DNA of 64,000 bases from contig OZ024740.1 of NCBI GenBank assembly GCA_964016885.1, positions 9,610,001 through 9,674,000 of the forward strand. Reading direction: 5' to 3'. This document shows, one piece after another, positions 22,801 through 37,500 of this stretch. Origin of the DNA: Eledone cirrhosa. Lineage: Eukaryota. Position numbers and translations under genes: made by a program. Below the pieces are notes generated by a model that saw only the letters and a program-made list of their open reading frames with translations, was not told the DNA's origin and did no database searches. Numbering within the stretch: position 1 is the stretch's first letter; the number at the start of each line of letters is the position of its first letter.

Positions 22801-25800
22801 ACAGGGAATTTAATTAACCAGCAATGTAGGTGTTATACCACACCTATTTAACATTTAACAGAGAAGTTAATTAACCAGCAAGGTAGGTGTTATACCACAG
22901 CTAGTTAACATTTAACAGAAAGGTTAATTAACAAGGAAGGTAGTTGTTATGTGACACCTAGTTAAACACATAATAGAGATGTTAATTAACCAGCAAGGTA
23001 TGTATTATACCACAAATAGTTAACAAATAACAGGGAATTTAATTAACCGGCAAGGTAGATATTATACCACACCTAGTTAACATAGAACAGGGAAGTTAAT
23101 TAACCAGGAAGGTAGGTGTTATACCACACATAGTTATCATAACAGGGAAGTTAAATAACCAGCAAGGATGGTGTTATACCACACCTAGTTAACATGTAAC
23201 AGAGAAGTTAATTAACCAGCAAGGTAGGTGTTACACCACACCTAGTTAACATAAAAGAGAAGTTAATTGACCAGCAAGGTAGGTGTTATACCACACCTAG
23301 TTAACATTTAACAGGGAAGTTAATTAACCAGGAAGGTAGGTATTACACCACAACTAGTTAACGTATAACAGGGAAGTTAATTAACTAGCAAGTTAAGTGT
23401 TATACCACAACTAGTTAACATATAACAGGGAAGTTAATTGACCAGCAAGGTAAGGTGTTATATCACACCTAGTTAATGTATAACAGGGAAGTTAATTAAC
23501 CAGCAAGGGAGGTGTTATACCACACCTAGTTAACATATAACAGAAGTTAATTAAGCCGGAAGGTAGGTGTTATGCCACAACTAGTTAACATATAATAGAG
23601 ATGTTAATTAACCATCAAGGTAGGTATTATACCACAATTAGTTAACATATAAAGGGAAGTTAATTTACCGGAAAGGTAGGTGTTATACCACAACTAGTTA
23701 ACATGTAACAGAGAAGTTAATTAACCTGAAAGATAGGTGTTATACCACAGCTAGTTAATGTATAACAGAGAAGTTAATTAACCAGGAAGGTAGGTATTAT
23801 TCCACACCTTATTAACATATAACAGAGAAGTTAATTAACCAACAAGGAAGGTGTTATACCACACCTAGTTTACATATAACAGGGAAGTTAATTAACCAGG
23901 AAGGTCGGTGTTATACCACACCTAGTTAACATATAACAGGGAAGTTACTTAACCAGGGAGGGAGGTGTTATACCACAGCTATTTAACATTTAACAGAGAA
24001 GTTGAGTAACCAGGTAGATAGGTATTATATTACACCTAGTTAACGAATATCAGAGAAGTTAATTAACCAGCAAGGTAGGTGTTATACCACAGTTACTTAA
24101 CATATAACATAGAAGTTAATTAACAAGAAAAGTAGGTGTTATATAACACCTAGTTAACATATTTCAATGAAGTTAATTAACCAGCAAGGTAGGTGTTATA
24201 CCAAACTCAGTTAACATGTAACAGGGAAGTTAATTAACCAGCAATGTCAGTGTTATACAACACCTAGTTGACATATAACAGGAAATTTAATTAACCGGCA
24301 AGGTAGTTATTATACCACACGTAGTTAACATGTAACAGGGAAGTTAATTAACCAGCAAGGTAGGTATTATACCACAAATAGTTAACATATAACAGGGAAT
24401 TTAATTAACCGGCAAGGTAGGTATTATACCACACCCAGTTAACATGTAACAGTGATGATAATTAACCAGCAAGGTAGGTGTTATTCCACACCTAGTTAAC
24501 ATATAACAGGGAAGTTAATTAACCAGGAAGGTATCTGTTATACCACACCTAGTTAACATATAACAGGGAAGTTAATTAACCAGCAAGGTAGGGGTTATAC
24601 CACACTTAGTTAACATATAACAGGGAAAATAATTAACCAGCAAGGTAGGTGTTATACCATACCTAGTTAACATCTAACAGGGAAGGTAATTAACCAGCAG
24701 GGTAGGTGTTATACCATACCTAGTTAACATCTAACAGGGAAGGTAATTAACCAGCAAGGTAGGTGTTATACCATACCTAGTTAACATATAACAGGGGAGT
24801 TAATTAACCAGCAAGGTAGGTGTTATACCACACCTAGTTAACATATAATAGGGAAGGTAATAAAACAGCAAGGTAGGTGTTATACCACACCTAGTTAACA
24901 TTGAACAGAAAGGTTAATTAAGAAGGAAGGTAGGTATTATTCCACACATAGTTAACATTTAACAGAGATGTTAATTAACCAGCAAGGTAGGTCTTATACT
25001 AGACCTAGTTAACATATAACAGGGAAGTTAATTAACCTGGAAGATAGGTGTTATACCACAGCTAGTTAATGTATAACAGAGTAGTTAATTAACAAGGAAA
25101 GTAGGTGTTATATCACACCTAGTTAACATATAACAATGAAGTTAATTAACCAGCAATTTAGGTATTATACCAAACTTAGTTAACATATAACAGGTAAGTT
25201 AATTAACCAGCAAGGTAGGTGTTATACCACACATAGTTAACATATAACAGGGAGGTTAATTTACCATGAAGGTAGGTGTTATAACCACACCTATTTAATA
25301 TGTAACAGAGAAGTTAATTAACCAGCAAGAAAGGTGTTATACCACAACTAATTAACATGTAACAGGGAAGTTAATTAACCAGCAATGTAGGTGTTATACC
25401 GCACCTAGTTAACGTATAACAGAAGTTAATTAACCAGCAAGGTAGGTGTTATACCGCAACTAGTTAACATATAACAGGGATGTTAATTAACCAGGAAGAT
25501 AGGTATTATACCACACCTAGTTAACATATAATATGGAAGTTAATTAACCGGGAAGGTGTGTATTATACCACAACTAGTTAACATGTAACAGATAATTTAA
25601 ATAACCAGCAAGGTATGTGCTATACCACACCTAGTTAACATATTACGGATGTTAATTAACCAGAAAGGTAGTTGTTATACCACACCTAGTTAACATATAA
25701 CAGGAAAGTTAATTAACCAGCAATGTAGGTGTTATACCACACCTAGTTAACATATAATAGGGAAGTTAATTAACAAGCAAGGTAGGTGTTATACCACACC

Positions 25801-28800
25801 TAGTTAACATATGACAGGGAATTTAATTAACCAGCAAGGTAGGTGTTATACCACACCTAGTTAACATGTAACAGAGAAGTAAAATAACAAGGAACGTAGG
25901 TGTTATACCACACCTAGTTAACATATAACAGAAGTTAATTAACCCGGAAGGTAGGTATTATACCACACCTAGTTAACATATTACAGAAGTTAATTAACCA
26001 GGAAGGAAGGTGTTATGCCACACCTAGTTAACATATAACAGAAGTTAATTTACCTGCATGGTAGGTGTTTTACCACACATAGTTAACATTTAACAGAAGT
26101 TAATTAACCAGCAAGGTAGGTATTATACGACACCTAGTTAACATTTAACAGAGATGTTAATTAACCAGCAAGGTAAGTGTTATACCACAACTATTTAACA
26201 TATAACAGAAGTTGATTAACCAGCAAGGTAGGTGTTATACCACACCTAGTTAACATTTAACAGGAAAGTTAATTAACCAGCAAGGTAGGTGTTACACCAC
26301 ATCTAGTTAACATGTATCAGAGAAGTAAAATAACTAGCAAGGTAGGTGTTATACCACATCTAGTTAACATATAATGGAGACCATAATTAACCAGCAAGGT
26401 AGGTGTTTTACCACACCTAGTTAACATTTAACAGAGAAGTTAATTAACCAGCAAGGTAGGTGTTATACCATAGCTAGTTAACAGTTAACAGAAAGGTTAA
26501 TTAACAAGGAAGGTAGTTGTTATGCAACACCTAGTTAAACATATAATAGAGATGTTAATTAACCAGCAAGGTATGTATTATACCACAAATAGTTAACATA
26601 TAACAGGGAATTTAATTAACCGGCAAGGTAGATATTATACCACACCTAGTTAACATGTACCAGAGATGATAATTAACCTGCAAGGTAGGTGTTATACCAC
26701 ACCTAGTTAACATAGAACAGGGAAGTTAATTAACCAGGAAGGTAGGTGTTATACCACACCTAGTTATCATAACAGGGAAGTTAAATAACCAGCAAGGATG
26801 GTGTTATGCCACACCTAGTTAACATGTAACAGAGAAGTTAATTAACCAGCAAGGTAGGTGTTACACCACACCTAGTTAACATAAAAGAGAAGTTAATTGA
26901 CCAACAATGTATGTGTTATACCACACCTAGTTAACATTTAACAGGGAAGTTAATTAACCAGGAAGGTGGGTATTACACCACAACTAGCTAACTTATAACA
27001 GGGTATTTAATTAACCAGCAAGTTAAGTGTTATACCACACCTAGTTAACATATAACATGGAAGTTAATTAACCAGCAAGGGAGGTGTTATACCACACATA
27101 GTTAACGTATAACAGGGAAGTTAATTAACCAGCAAGGGTATGTGTTATATCACACCTAGTTAACGTATAACAGGGAAGTTAATTAACCACAAAGGTACGT
27201 GTTATACCACAACTAGTTAACATATAACAGAAGTTAATTGAGCCGGAAGGTAGGTGTTTTGCCACAACTAGTTAACATATAATAGAGATGTTAATTAACC
27301 ATCAAGGTAGGTATTATACGACAACTAGTTAACATATAACAGGGAATTTAATTAACCAGCAAGGTAGGTATTATACCACAATTAGTTAACATATAAAGGG
27401 AAGTTAATTTACCGGAAAGGTAGGTATTATACCACAACTAGTTAACATGTAACAGAGAAGTTAATTAACCAGGAAGGTAGGTATTATTCCACACCTTATT
27501 AACATATAACAGAGAAGTTAATTAACCAGCAAGGAAGGTGTTATACCACACCTAGTTTACATATAACAGGGAAGTTAATTAACCAGGAAGGTCGGTGTTA
27601 TACCACGCCTAGTTAACATATAACAGGGAAGTTACTTAACCAGGGAGGGAGGTGTTATACCACAGCTATTTAACATTTAACAGAGAAGTTGAGTAACCAG
27701 GTAGATAGGTATTATATTACACCTAGTTAACGTATAACAGAGAAGTTAATTAACCAGCAAGGTAGGTGTTATACCACAGTTACTTAACATATAACAGAGA
27801 AGATAATTAACAATGAAAGTAGGTGTTATATAACACCTAGTTAACATATATCAATGAAGTTAATTAACCAGCAAGGTAGGTGTTATACCAAACTTAGTTA
27901 ACATATAACAGGGAAGTTATTTAACCAGCAATGTCGGTGTTATACAACACCTAGTTGACATATAACAGGAAATCTAATTAACCGGCAAGGTAGTTATTAT
28001 ACCACACGTAGTTAACATGTAACGGAAGTTAATTAACCAGCAAGGTAGGTAATATACCACAAATAGTTAACATATAACAGGGAATTTAATTAACCGGCAA
28101 GGTAGGTATTATACCACACCCAGTTAACATGTAACAGTGATGATAATTAACCAGCAAGATAGGTGTTATACGACACCTAGTTAACATATAAAAGGGAAGT
28201 TAATTAACCAGGAAGGTCTGTGTTATACCACACATAGTTAACATGTAACAGAGAAGTTATTTAACCAGGGAGGGAGGTGTTATACCACAGCTATTTAACA
28301 TTTAACAGAGAAGAAAAGTAACCAGGAAGATAGGTATTATATTACACCTAGTTAACGTATAACAGGGAAGTTAATTAACCTGCAATGTAGGTGTTATACC
28401 ACACCTAGTTAACATGTAACAGAGAAGTAAAATAACCAGCAAGGTAGGTGTTATACCACACCTAGTTAACATATTAAAGAAGTTAATTAACCACAAAGGT
28501 ACGTGTTATACCACACCTAGTTAACATATAACAGGGAAGTTAATTAACCAGGAATGTCGGTATTATACCACACCTAGTTAATATGCAACAGAGAAGCTAA
28601 TTAACCAGCAAGGTAAGTGTTATACCACTGCTAGTTTACATATAACAGAGAAGTTAATTAACAAGGAAACTAGGTGTTATATCACACCTAGTTAACATAT
28701 TACAGATGTTAATTAACTAGAAACCTATTATACCACACCTAGTTAACATATAACAGGGAAGTTAATTAACAGCAAGGTAAGGTGTTATACCACACCTAGT

Positions 28801-31800
28801 TAACGTATAACAGGAGTTAATTAACCAGCAAGGTAGGTGTTATACCACACTTAGTTAGCATATAACAGAAGTTAATTAACCAGGAAGATAGGTGTTATAC
28901 CACACCTAGTTAACATGTAACAGAGAAGTTAATTAACCAGGAAGTTAGGTATTATACCACACCTAGTTAACCTATAAGAAAGAAGTTAATTAACCAGCAA
29001 GGTAGGTGTTATACCACAACTAGTTAACATATAACAGGTAATTTAATTAACCAGCAAGGTAGGGATTATACCACACCTAGTTAACATATAAAGGGCAGTT
29101 AATTTACCGGCAAGATAGGTGTTGTACCACACCTAGTTAACATATAACAGAGAAGTTAATTAACCAGGAAGGTAGGTGTTATACCACACCTACTTAACAT
29201 ATAAGAGAGAAGTTAATTAACCAGCAAGGTAGGTGTTATACCACACCTAGTTAACATATAACAGAGAAGTTAATTAACCAGGAAGGTAGCTGTTATACCA
29301 CACCTATGTAACATATGACAGGGAAGTTAATTAACTGGCTATGTAGGTGTTATACCACTCCTAGTTAACATAACAGGGAAGTTAATTAACCATCAAGGTA
29401 GTATTTATCCCACACCTAGTTAACATATAACAGGGAATTTAATTAACCAGCAAGGGATGTGTTATACCACACCTAGTTAACATATAACAGGGAAGTTAAT
29501 TAACCAGCAAGGGATGTGTTATACCACACCTAGTTAACATATAACAGAAGTTAATTAACCGGCAAGGTAGGTGTTATACCACATCTAGTTAGCATATAAA
29601 GGGAAGTTAATTAACCAGGAAGGTAGGTGTCACACCACAACTAGTTAACATATAACAGGAGAGTTAATTAACCAGCAAGTTAAGTGTTATACCACAACTA
29701 GTTAACATATAACAGAGAATTTATTTAACCAGGAAGGTAGGTATTATACACCACCTAGTTAACATTTAACAGAAAGGTTAATTAACAAGCAAGGTAGGTA
29801 TTATACCACAACTAGTTAACATATAACAGGGAATTTAATTAACCAGCAAGGTAGATATTATAACACACCTACTTAACATGTAACAGTGATGATAATTAAC
29901 CAGCAAGATAGGTATTATACCACACCTAGTTAACATATAACAGGGAAGTTAATTAACCAGAAAGGTAAGGTGTTATACGAGACCTAGTTAACATATAACA
30001 GGGAATTTAATTAAGCAGCAAGGTAGGTCTTATACCACACCTAGTTAACATATAACAGACGTTTATTAACCAGCAAGATAGGTGTTATACCGCAACTAGT
30101 TAACATATATCAGTGAAATTAATTAACAAGGAAAGTAGGTTTTATACCACACATAGTTAACATGTAACAGAGAAGTTAATTAACCAGCAAGGTAGGTGTT
30201 ATACCACAACTAGTTGAGATGTAAAAGGGAAGTTAATTAACCAAGAAGGTAGGTGTTACATCACAACTAGTTAACATATAACTGGAGAGATAATTAACCA
30301 GCAAGTTAAGTGTTATACCACAACTAGTTAACATATAACAGAGAATTTATTTAAGCAGGAAGATAGGTGTTATACCACACCTAGTTAACATATAACAGAG
30401 ACATTAATTCACCAGCAAGGTAGTATTTATCCCACACATTGTTAACATATAACAGGGAATTTAATTAACCAGCAAAGTAGGTGTTATACCACATCTAATT
30501 AACATATAACAGGAGTTAATTAACCAGCAAGGTAGGTGTTATACCAGACTTAGTTAGCATATAACAGAAGTTAATTAACCAGGAAGATAGGTGTTATACC
30601 ACACCTAGTTAACATGTAACAGAGAAATTAATTAACCAGGAAGTTAGGTATTATACCACACCTAGTTAACATATAAGAAAGAAGTTAATTAACCAGCAAG
30701 GTAGGTGTTATACCACAACTAGTTAACATGTAACAGAGAAGTTAATTAACCAGGAAGGTAGGTATTATACCACACCTAGTTAATATGTAACAGAGAAGCT
30801 AATTATCCAGCAAGGTTGGTCTTATACCACAGCTAGTTAACATATAACAGAGAAGTTAATTAACCAGGAAAGTAGGTGTTATATCACACCAAGTTAACAT
30901 ATAACAATGAAGTTAATTAACCAGCAAGTTAGGTATTATACCAAAATTAGTTAACATATAACAGGTAAGTTAATTAACCAGGAAGGTAGGTGTTATACCA
31001 CACCTAGTTAACATGAACAGAGAAGTTAATAAACCAGCAAGGTAGGTGTTATACCACACCTAGTTAACATATAACAGGGAAGTTAATTAACCAGCAAGGT
31101 AGGTGTTTTACCACACCTAGTTAACATGTAATAGAGAAGTTAATTAACCAGCGAAATAGGTGTTATACCACACCTAGTTAACATATAACAGATAATTTAA
31201 TTAACCACCAATGTAGGTGTTATACCACACCTAGTTATCATGTAACAGAAGTTAATTAACCAGCAAGGTAGGTGTTATACCACAGCTAGTTAACATTTAA
31301 CAGAAAGGTTAATTAACAAGGAAGGTAGGTATTATACCACACCAAGTTAACATTTAACAGAGAAGTTAATTAACCAGCAAGGTAGGTGTTATACCACAAC
31401 TTGTGAACATATAACAGGGAAGTTAATTAACCGGCTATGTAGGTGTTATACCACACCTAGTTAACATATAAAATAGAAGTTAATTAACCAGCAAGGTAGG
31501 TGTTATACCACTCCTAGTTAACATAACAGGGAAGTTAATTAACCAGCAAGAGATGTGTTATACCACACCTATTTAACATATAACAGAAGTTAATTAACCT
31601 GGAAGGAAGGTATTATACCACATCTAGTTAACATATAACAGAAGTTAATTAACCAGGAAGGTAGGTGTTATGCCACAACTAGTTAACATATGACAGGGAA
31701 GTTAATTATCCAGCAAAGTAGGTGTTATAGCATACCTAGTTAACATATAACAGGGAACTTAATTAACCAGCAAGGTAGGTGTTATACCACATCTAGTTAG

Positions 31801-34523
31801 CATATAAAGGGAAGTTAATTAACCAGGAAGGTAGGTGTTACACCACAACTAGTTAACATATAACAGAGAATTTATTTAACCAGGAAGGTAGGTATTATAC
31901 CACACCTAGTTAACATTTAACATAAAGGTTAATTAACAAGCAAGGTAGGTATTATACCACAACTAGTTAAGATATAACAGGGAATTTGATTAACCACCAA
32001 GGTAGGTATTATAACACACCTACTTAACATGTAACAGTGATGATAATTAACCAGCAAGATAGGTATTATACCACACCTAGTTAACATATAACAGGGAAGT
32101 TAATTAACCAGAAAGGTAAGGTGTTATACGACACCTAGTTAACATTTAACAGGGAATTTAATTAACCAGCAAGGTAGGTGTTATACCACACCTAGTTAAC
32201 ATGTAACAGAAGTTAATTAACCAGCAAGGTAGGTGTTATACCGCAACTAGTTAACATATATCAAAGAAATTAATTAACAAGGAAAGTAGGTGTTATACCA
32301 CACATAGTTAACATGTAACCGAGAAGTTAATTAACCAGCAAGGTAGGAGTTATACCACACCTAGTTAACATGTAACAGAGAAGTTAATTAACCAGCAAGG
32401 TAGGTGTTATACTACACCTAGTTAACATGTAACAGAGAAGTTAATTAACCAGCAAGGTAGGTGTTACACCACACTTAGTTAACAAATAACAGAGACCTTA
32501 ATTAACCAGCAAGGTAGCATTTATCCCACACATAGTTAACATATAACAGAGAATTTAATTAACCAGCAAAGTAGGTGTTATACCACATCTAATTAACATA
32601 TAACTGAAGTTAATTAACCGGCAAGGTAGGTGTTATACCACACTTAGTTAACAAATAACAGAAGTTAATTAACCAGGAAGGTAGGTGTTATGCCACACCT
32701 AGTTAACATGTAACAGAGAAGTTAATTAACCAGCAAGGTAGCTATTATACCACAACTAGTTAGCATATAGCAGAAGTTAATTAACCAGGAAGGTAGGTGT
32801 TATACTACACCTAGTTAACATGTAACAGAGAAGTTAATTAACCAGGAAGGTAGATATTATACCACACCTAGTTAATGTGTAACAGAGAAGCTAATTATCC
32901 AGCAAGGTTGGTGTTATACCTACAGCTAGTTAACATATAACAGAGAAGTTAATTAACCAGGAAGGTAGGTGTTATACCACACCTAGTTAATATGTAACAG
33001 AGAAGTTAACTAACCAGCAGCTTAGATATTATACCACAGCTAGTTAACATATAAAGGGAAGTTAATTAACCGTCAAGGTAGGTGTTATACCACTCCTAGT
33101 TAACATACCAGGGAAGTAAATTAACCAGCAAGTTAGGTGTTATACCACACCTAGTAGACATGTAACAGGGAATTTAATTAACCATCAAGGTAGTATTTAT
33201 CCCACACCTAGTTAACATATAACAGAAAGGTTAATTAACAAGGAAGGTAGGTATTATACCACACCTAGTTAACATATAACTGGGAAATTAATTAACCCTT
33301 ATGTAGGTATTATACCACACCTAGTTAACATTTAACAGAGAAGTTAATAAACCAGCTAGGTAAGTATTATACCAAACTTAGTTAACATTTAACAGGTAAG
33401 TTAATTAACCAGCAATGTAGGTGTTATACCACATCTAGTTAACATATAACAATGAAGTTAATTAATCAGCAAGGTAGGTGTTATACCACACCTAGTTAAC
33501 ATATAACAGGGAAGTTAATTAGCCAGCAAGTTAGGTGTTATACCACACCTAGTTAACATATAACAGGGAAGTTAATTAACCAGCAAAGTAGGTGTTATAC
33601 CACACCTAGTTAACATATAACTGGGAAGTTAATTAACCAGCAAGGTAGGTGTTATCCCACACCTAGTTAACATATAACAGGGAAGTTAATTAACCAGCAA
33701 GGTAGGTGTTATACCACATCTAGTTAACATATAACAATGAAGTTAATTAATCAGCAAGGTAGGTGTTATACCACACCTAGTTAACATATAACAGGGAAGT
33801 TAATTAGCCAGCAAGTTAGGTGTTATACCACACCTAGTTAACATATAACAGGGAAGTTAATTAACCAGCAAGGTAGGTGTTATACCACACCTAGTTAACA
33901 TATAACAGGGAAGTTAATTAACCAGCAAAGTAGGTGTTATACCACACCTAGTTAACATATAACTGGGAAGTTAATTAACCAGCAAGGTAGGTGTTATCCC
34001 ACACCTAGTTAACATATAACAGGGAAGTTAATTAACCAGCAAGGTAGGTGTTATACCACACCTAGTTAACATATAACAGGGAAGTTAGTTAACCAGCAAG
34101 GTAGGTGTTATACCACACCTAGTTAACATATAACAGGGAAGTTAATTAACCAGCAAGGTAGGTGTTATACCACACCTAGTTAACATATAACAGGGAAGTT
34201 AATTAACCAGCAAAGTAGGTGTTATACCACACCTAGTTAACATATAACAGGGAATTTAATTAACCAGCAAGGTAGGTGTTATCCCACACCTAGTTAACAT
34301 ATAACAGGGAAGTTAATTAACCAGCAAGGTAGGTGTTATACCACACCTAGTTAACATATAACAGGGAAGTTAATTAACCAGCAAGGTAGGTGTTATACTA
34401 GAACTAGTTAACATATAACAGGGAAGTTAATTAACCAGCAAGGTAGGTGTTATACCACACCTAGTTAACATATAACAGGGAAGTTAATTAACCAGCAAAG
34501 TAGATATTATACCACACCTAGTT
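7812..34523. repeat. 57-bp satellite, ~470 copies (TAACAGGGAAGTTAATTAACCAGCAAGGTAGGTGTTATACCACACCTAGTTAACATA)
   Basis: Continuous tandem array with a 57-bp period (3-nt shift per 60-nt line in the homogeneous end). Frequent 55-bp variants. Stops in all frames, and no ORFs in the track. Confidence 0.98.
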
Positions 34524-37500
34524 GATGTGACCACTGGTCATCTGTTTTAGGTTTTTCACCAGACTGAGAGTGGGGTGCTGGTGGTAGTCTTGTGGTTGAT
34601 GTGACCACTGGTCATCTGGTTTAGGCTTGTCACCAGACTGAGAGAGGGGTGCTGGTGGTAGTCTTGTGGCTGATGTGACCACTGATCATCTGGTTTAGGC
34701 TTGTCACCAGACTGAGAGAGAGGTGCTGGTGGTTGTCTTGTGGTTGATGTGACCACTGGTCATCTGGTTTAGGTTTTTCACCAGACTGAGAGTGGGGTGC
34801 TGGTGATAGTCTTGTGGTTGATGTGACCACTGGTCATCTGGTTTAGGCTTGTCACCAGACTGAGAGAGGGGTGATGGTGGTAGTCTTGTGGTTGATGTGA
34901 CCACTGGTCATCTGGTTTAGGCTTGTCACCAGACTGAGAGAGAGGTGCTGGTGGTAGTCTTGTGGTTGATGTGACCACTGGTCATCTGGTTTATGTTTGT
35001 CACCAGACTGAGAGAGGGGTGCTGGTGGTAGTCGTGTGGTTGATGTGACCACTGGTCATCTGGTTTAGGTTTGTCACCAGACTGAGAGAGGGGTGCTGGT
35101 GGTAGTCTTGTGGTTGATGTGACCACTGGTCATCTGGTTTAGGTTTGTCACCAGACTGAGAAAGGGGTGCTGGTGGTAGTCTTGTGGTTGATGTGACCAC
35201 TGGTCATCTGGTTTAGGCTTGTCACCAGACTGAGAGAGGTGTGCTGGTGGTAGTCTTGTGGTTGATGTGACCACTGGTCATCTGGTTTAGGCTTGTCACC
35301 AGACTGAGAGAGAGGTGCTGGTGGTAGTCTTGTGGTTGATGTGACCACTGGTCATCTGGTTTAGGTTTGTCACCAGACTGAGAGAGGGGTGCTGGTGGTA
35401 GTCTTGTGGTTGATGTGACCTCTGGTCATCTGGTTTAGGTTTGTCACCAGACTGAGAGAGGGGTGCTGGTGATAGTCTTGTGGTTGATGTGACCACTGGT
35501 CATCTGGTTTAGGTTTGTCACCAGACTGAGAAAGGGGTGCTGGTGGTAGTCTTGTGGTTGATGTGACCACTGGTCATCTGGTTTAGGCTTGTCACCATAC
35601 TGAGAGAGGTGTGCTGGTGGTAGTCTTGTGGTTGATGTGACCACTGGTCATCTGGTTTAGGTTTGTCACCAGACTGAGAGAGGTGTGCTGGTGGTAGTCT
35701 TGTGGTTGATGTGACCACTGGTCATCTGGTTTAGGCTTGTCACCATACTGAGAGAGGGGTGCTGGTGATAGTCTTGTGGTTGATGTGACCACTGGTCATC
35801 TGGTTTAGGTTTGTCACCAGACTGAGAGAGGTGTGCTGGTGGTAGTCTTGTGGTTGATGTGACCACTGGTCATCTGGTTTAGGCTTGTCACCAGACTGAG
35901 AGAGGTGTGCTGGTGGTAGTCTTGTGGTTGATGTGACCACTGGTCATCTGGTTTAGGCTTGTCACCATACTGAGAGAGGGGTGCTGGTGATAGTCTTGTG
36001 GTTGATGTGACCACTGGTCATCTGGTTTAGGTTTGTCACCAGACTGAGAGAGGGGTGCTGGTGATAGTCTTGTGGTTGATGTGACCACTGGTCATCTGGT
36101 TTAGGCTTGTCACCATACTGAGAGAGGGGTGCTGGTGGGTGTCTTGTGGTTGATGTGACCACTGGTCATCTGGTTTAGGTTTGTCACCAGACTTAGAGAG
36201 GGGTGGTGGTGGTGGTCTTGTGGTTGATGTGACCACTGGTCATCTGGTTTAGGTTTTTCACCAGACTGAGAGTAGGGTGCTGGTGGTAGTCTTGTGGTTG
36301 ATGTGACCACTGGTCATCTGGTCTAGGTTTGTCACCAGACTGAGAGAGAGGTGCTGGTGGTAGTCTTGTGGTTGATGTGACCACTTGTCATCTGGTTTAG
36401 GCTTGTCACCAGACTGAGAGAGGGGTGCTGGTGGTAGTCTTGTGGTCGATGTGATCACTGGTCATCTGGTCTAGGTTTGTCACCAGACTGAGAGAGAGGT
36501 GTTGGTGGTAGTCTTGTGGTTGATGTGACCACTGGTCATCTGGTTTAGGTTTTTCACCAGGCTGAGAAAGGGGTGCTGGTCGTAGTCTTGTGGTTGATGT
36601 GACCTCTGGTCATCTGGTTTAGGCTTGTCACAAGACTGAGTGAGATGTGCTGGTGGTAGTCTTGTGGTTGATGTAAACACTGGTCATCTGGTTTAGGTTT
36701 TTCACCAGACTGAGAGTGGGGTGCTGGTGATAGTTTTGTTGTGGATGTGACCACTGGTCATCTGGTTTAGGCTTGTCACCAGACTGAGAGAGGGGTGCTG
36801 GTGGTTGATGTGACCACTGGTCATCTGGTTTAGGCTTGTCACCAGACTGAGAGAGAGGTGCTGGTGGTTGTCTTGTGGTTGATGTGACCACTGGTCATCT
36901 GGTTTAGGTTTTTCACCAGACTGAGAGTGGGGTGCTGGTGATAGTCTTGTGGTTGATGTGACCACTGGTCATCTGGTTTAGGCTTGTCACCAGACTGAGA
37001 GAGGGGTGCTGGTGTTAGTCTTGTGGCTGATGTGACCACTGGTCATCTGGTTTATGCTTGTCACCAGACTGAGAGAGAGGTGCTGGTGGTTGTCTTGTGG
37101 TTGATGTGACCACTGGTCATCAGGTTTAGGTTTTTCACCAGACTGAGAGTGGGGTGCTGGTGATAGTCATGTGGTTGATGTGACCACTGGTCATCTGGTT
37201 TAGGCTTGTCACCAGACTGAGAGAGGGGTGCTGGTGGTAGTCTTGTGGTTGATGTGACCACTGGTCATCTGGTTTAGGCTTGTCACCAGACTGAGAGAGG
37301 GGTGCTGGTGGTAGTATTGTGGTTGATGTGACCACTGGTCATCTGGTTTAGGCTTGTCACCAGACTTAGAGAGGGTGCTGGTGGTTGTCTTGTGGTTGAT
37401 GTGACCACTGGTCATCTGGTTTAGGTTTGTCACCAGACTGAGAGAGGGGTGCTGGTGGTAGTCTTGTGGTTGATGTGACCACTGGTCATCTGGTTTTAGT

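Noticed and set aside
7812-34523. Helitron 3' end (hairpin + CTAG) in the 57-bp unit
   Set aside because: The CTAG overlaps the stem rather than lying ~10 nt downstream, and there is no other Helitron evidence.
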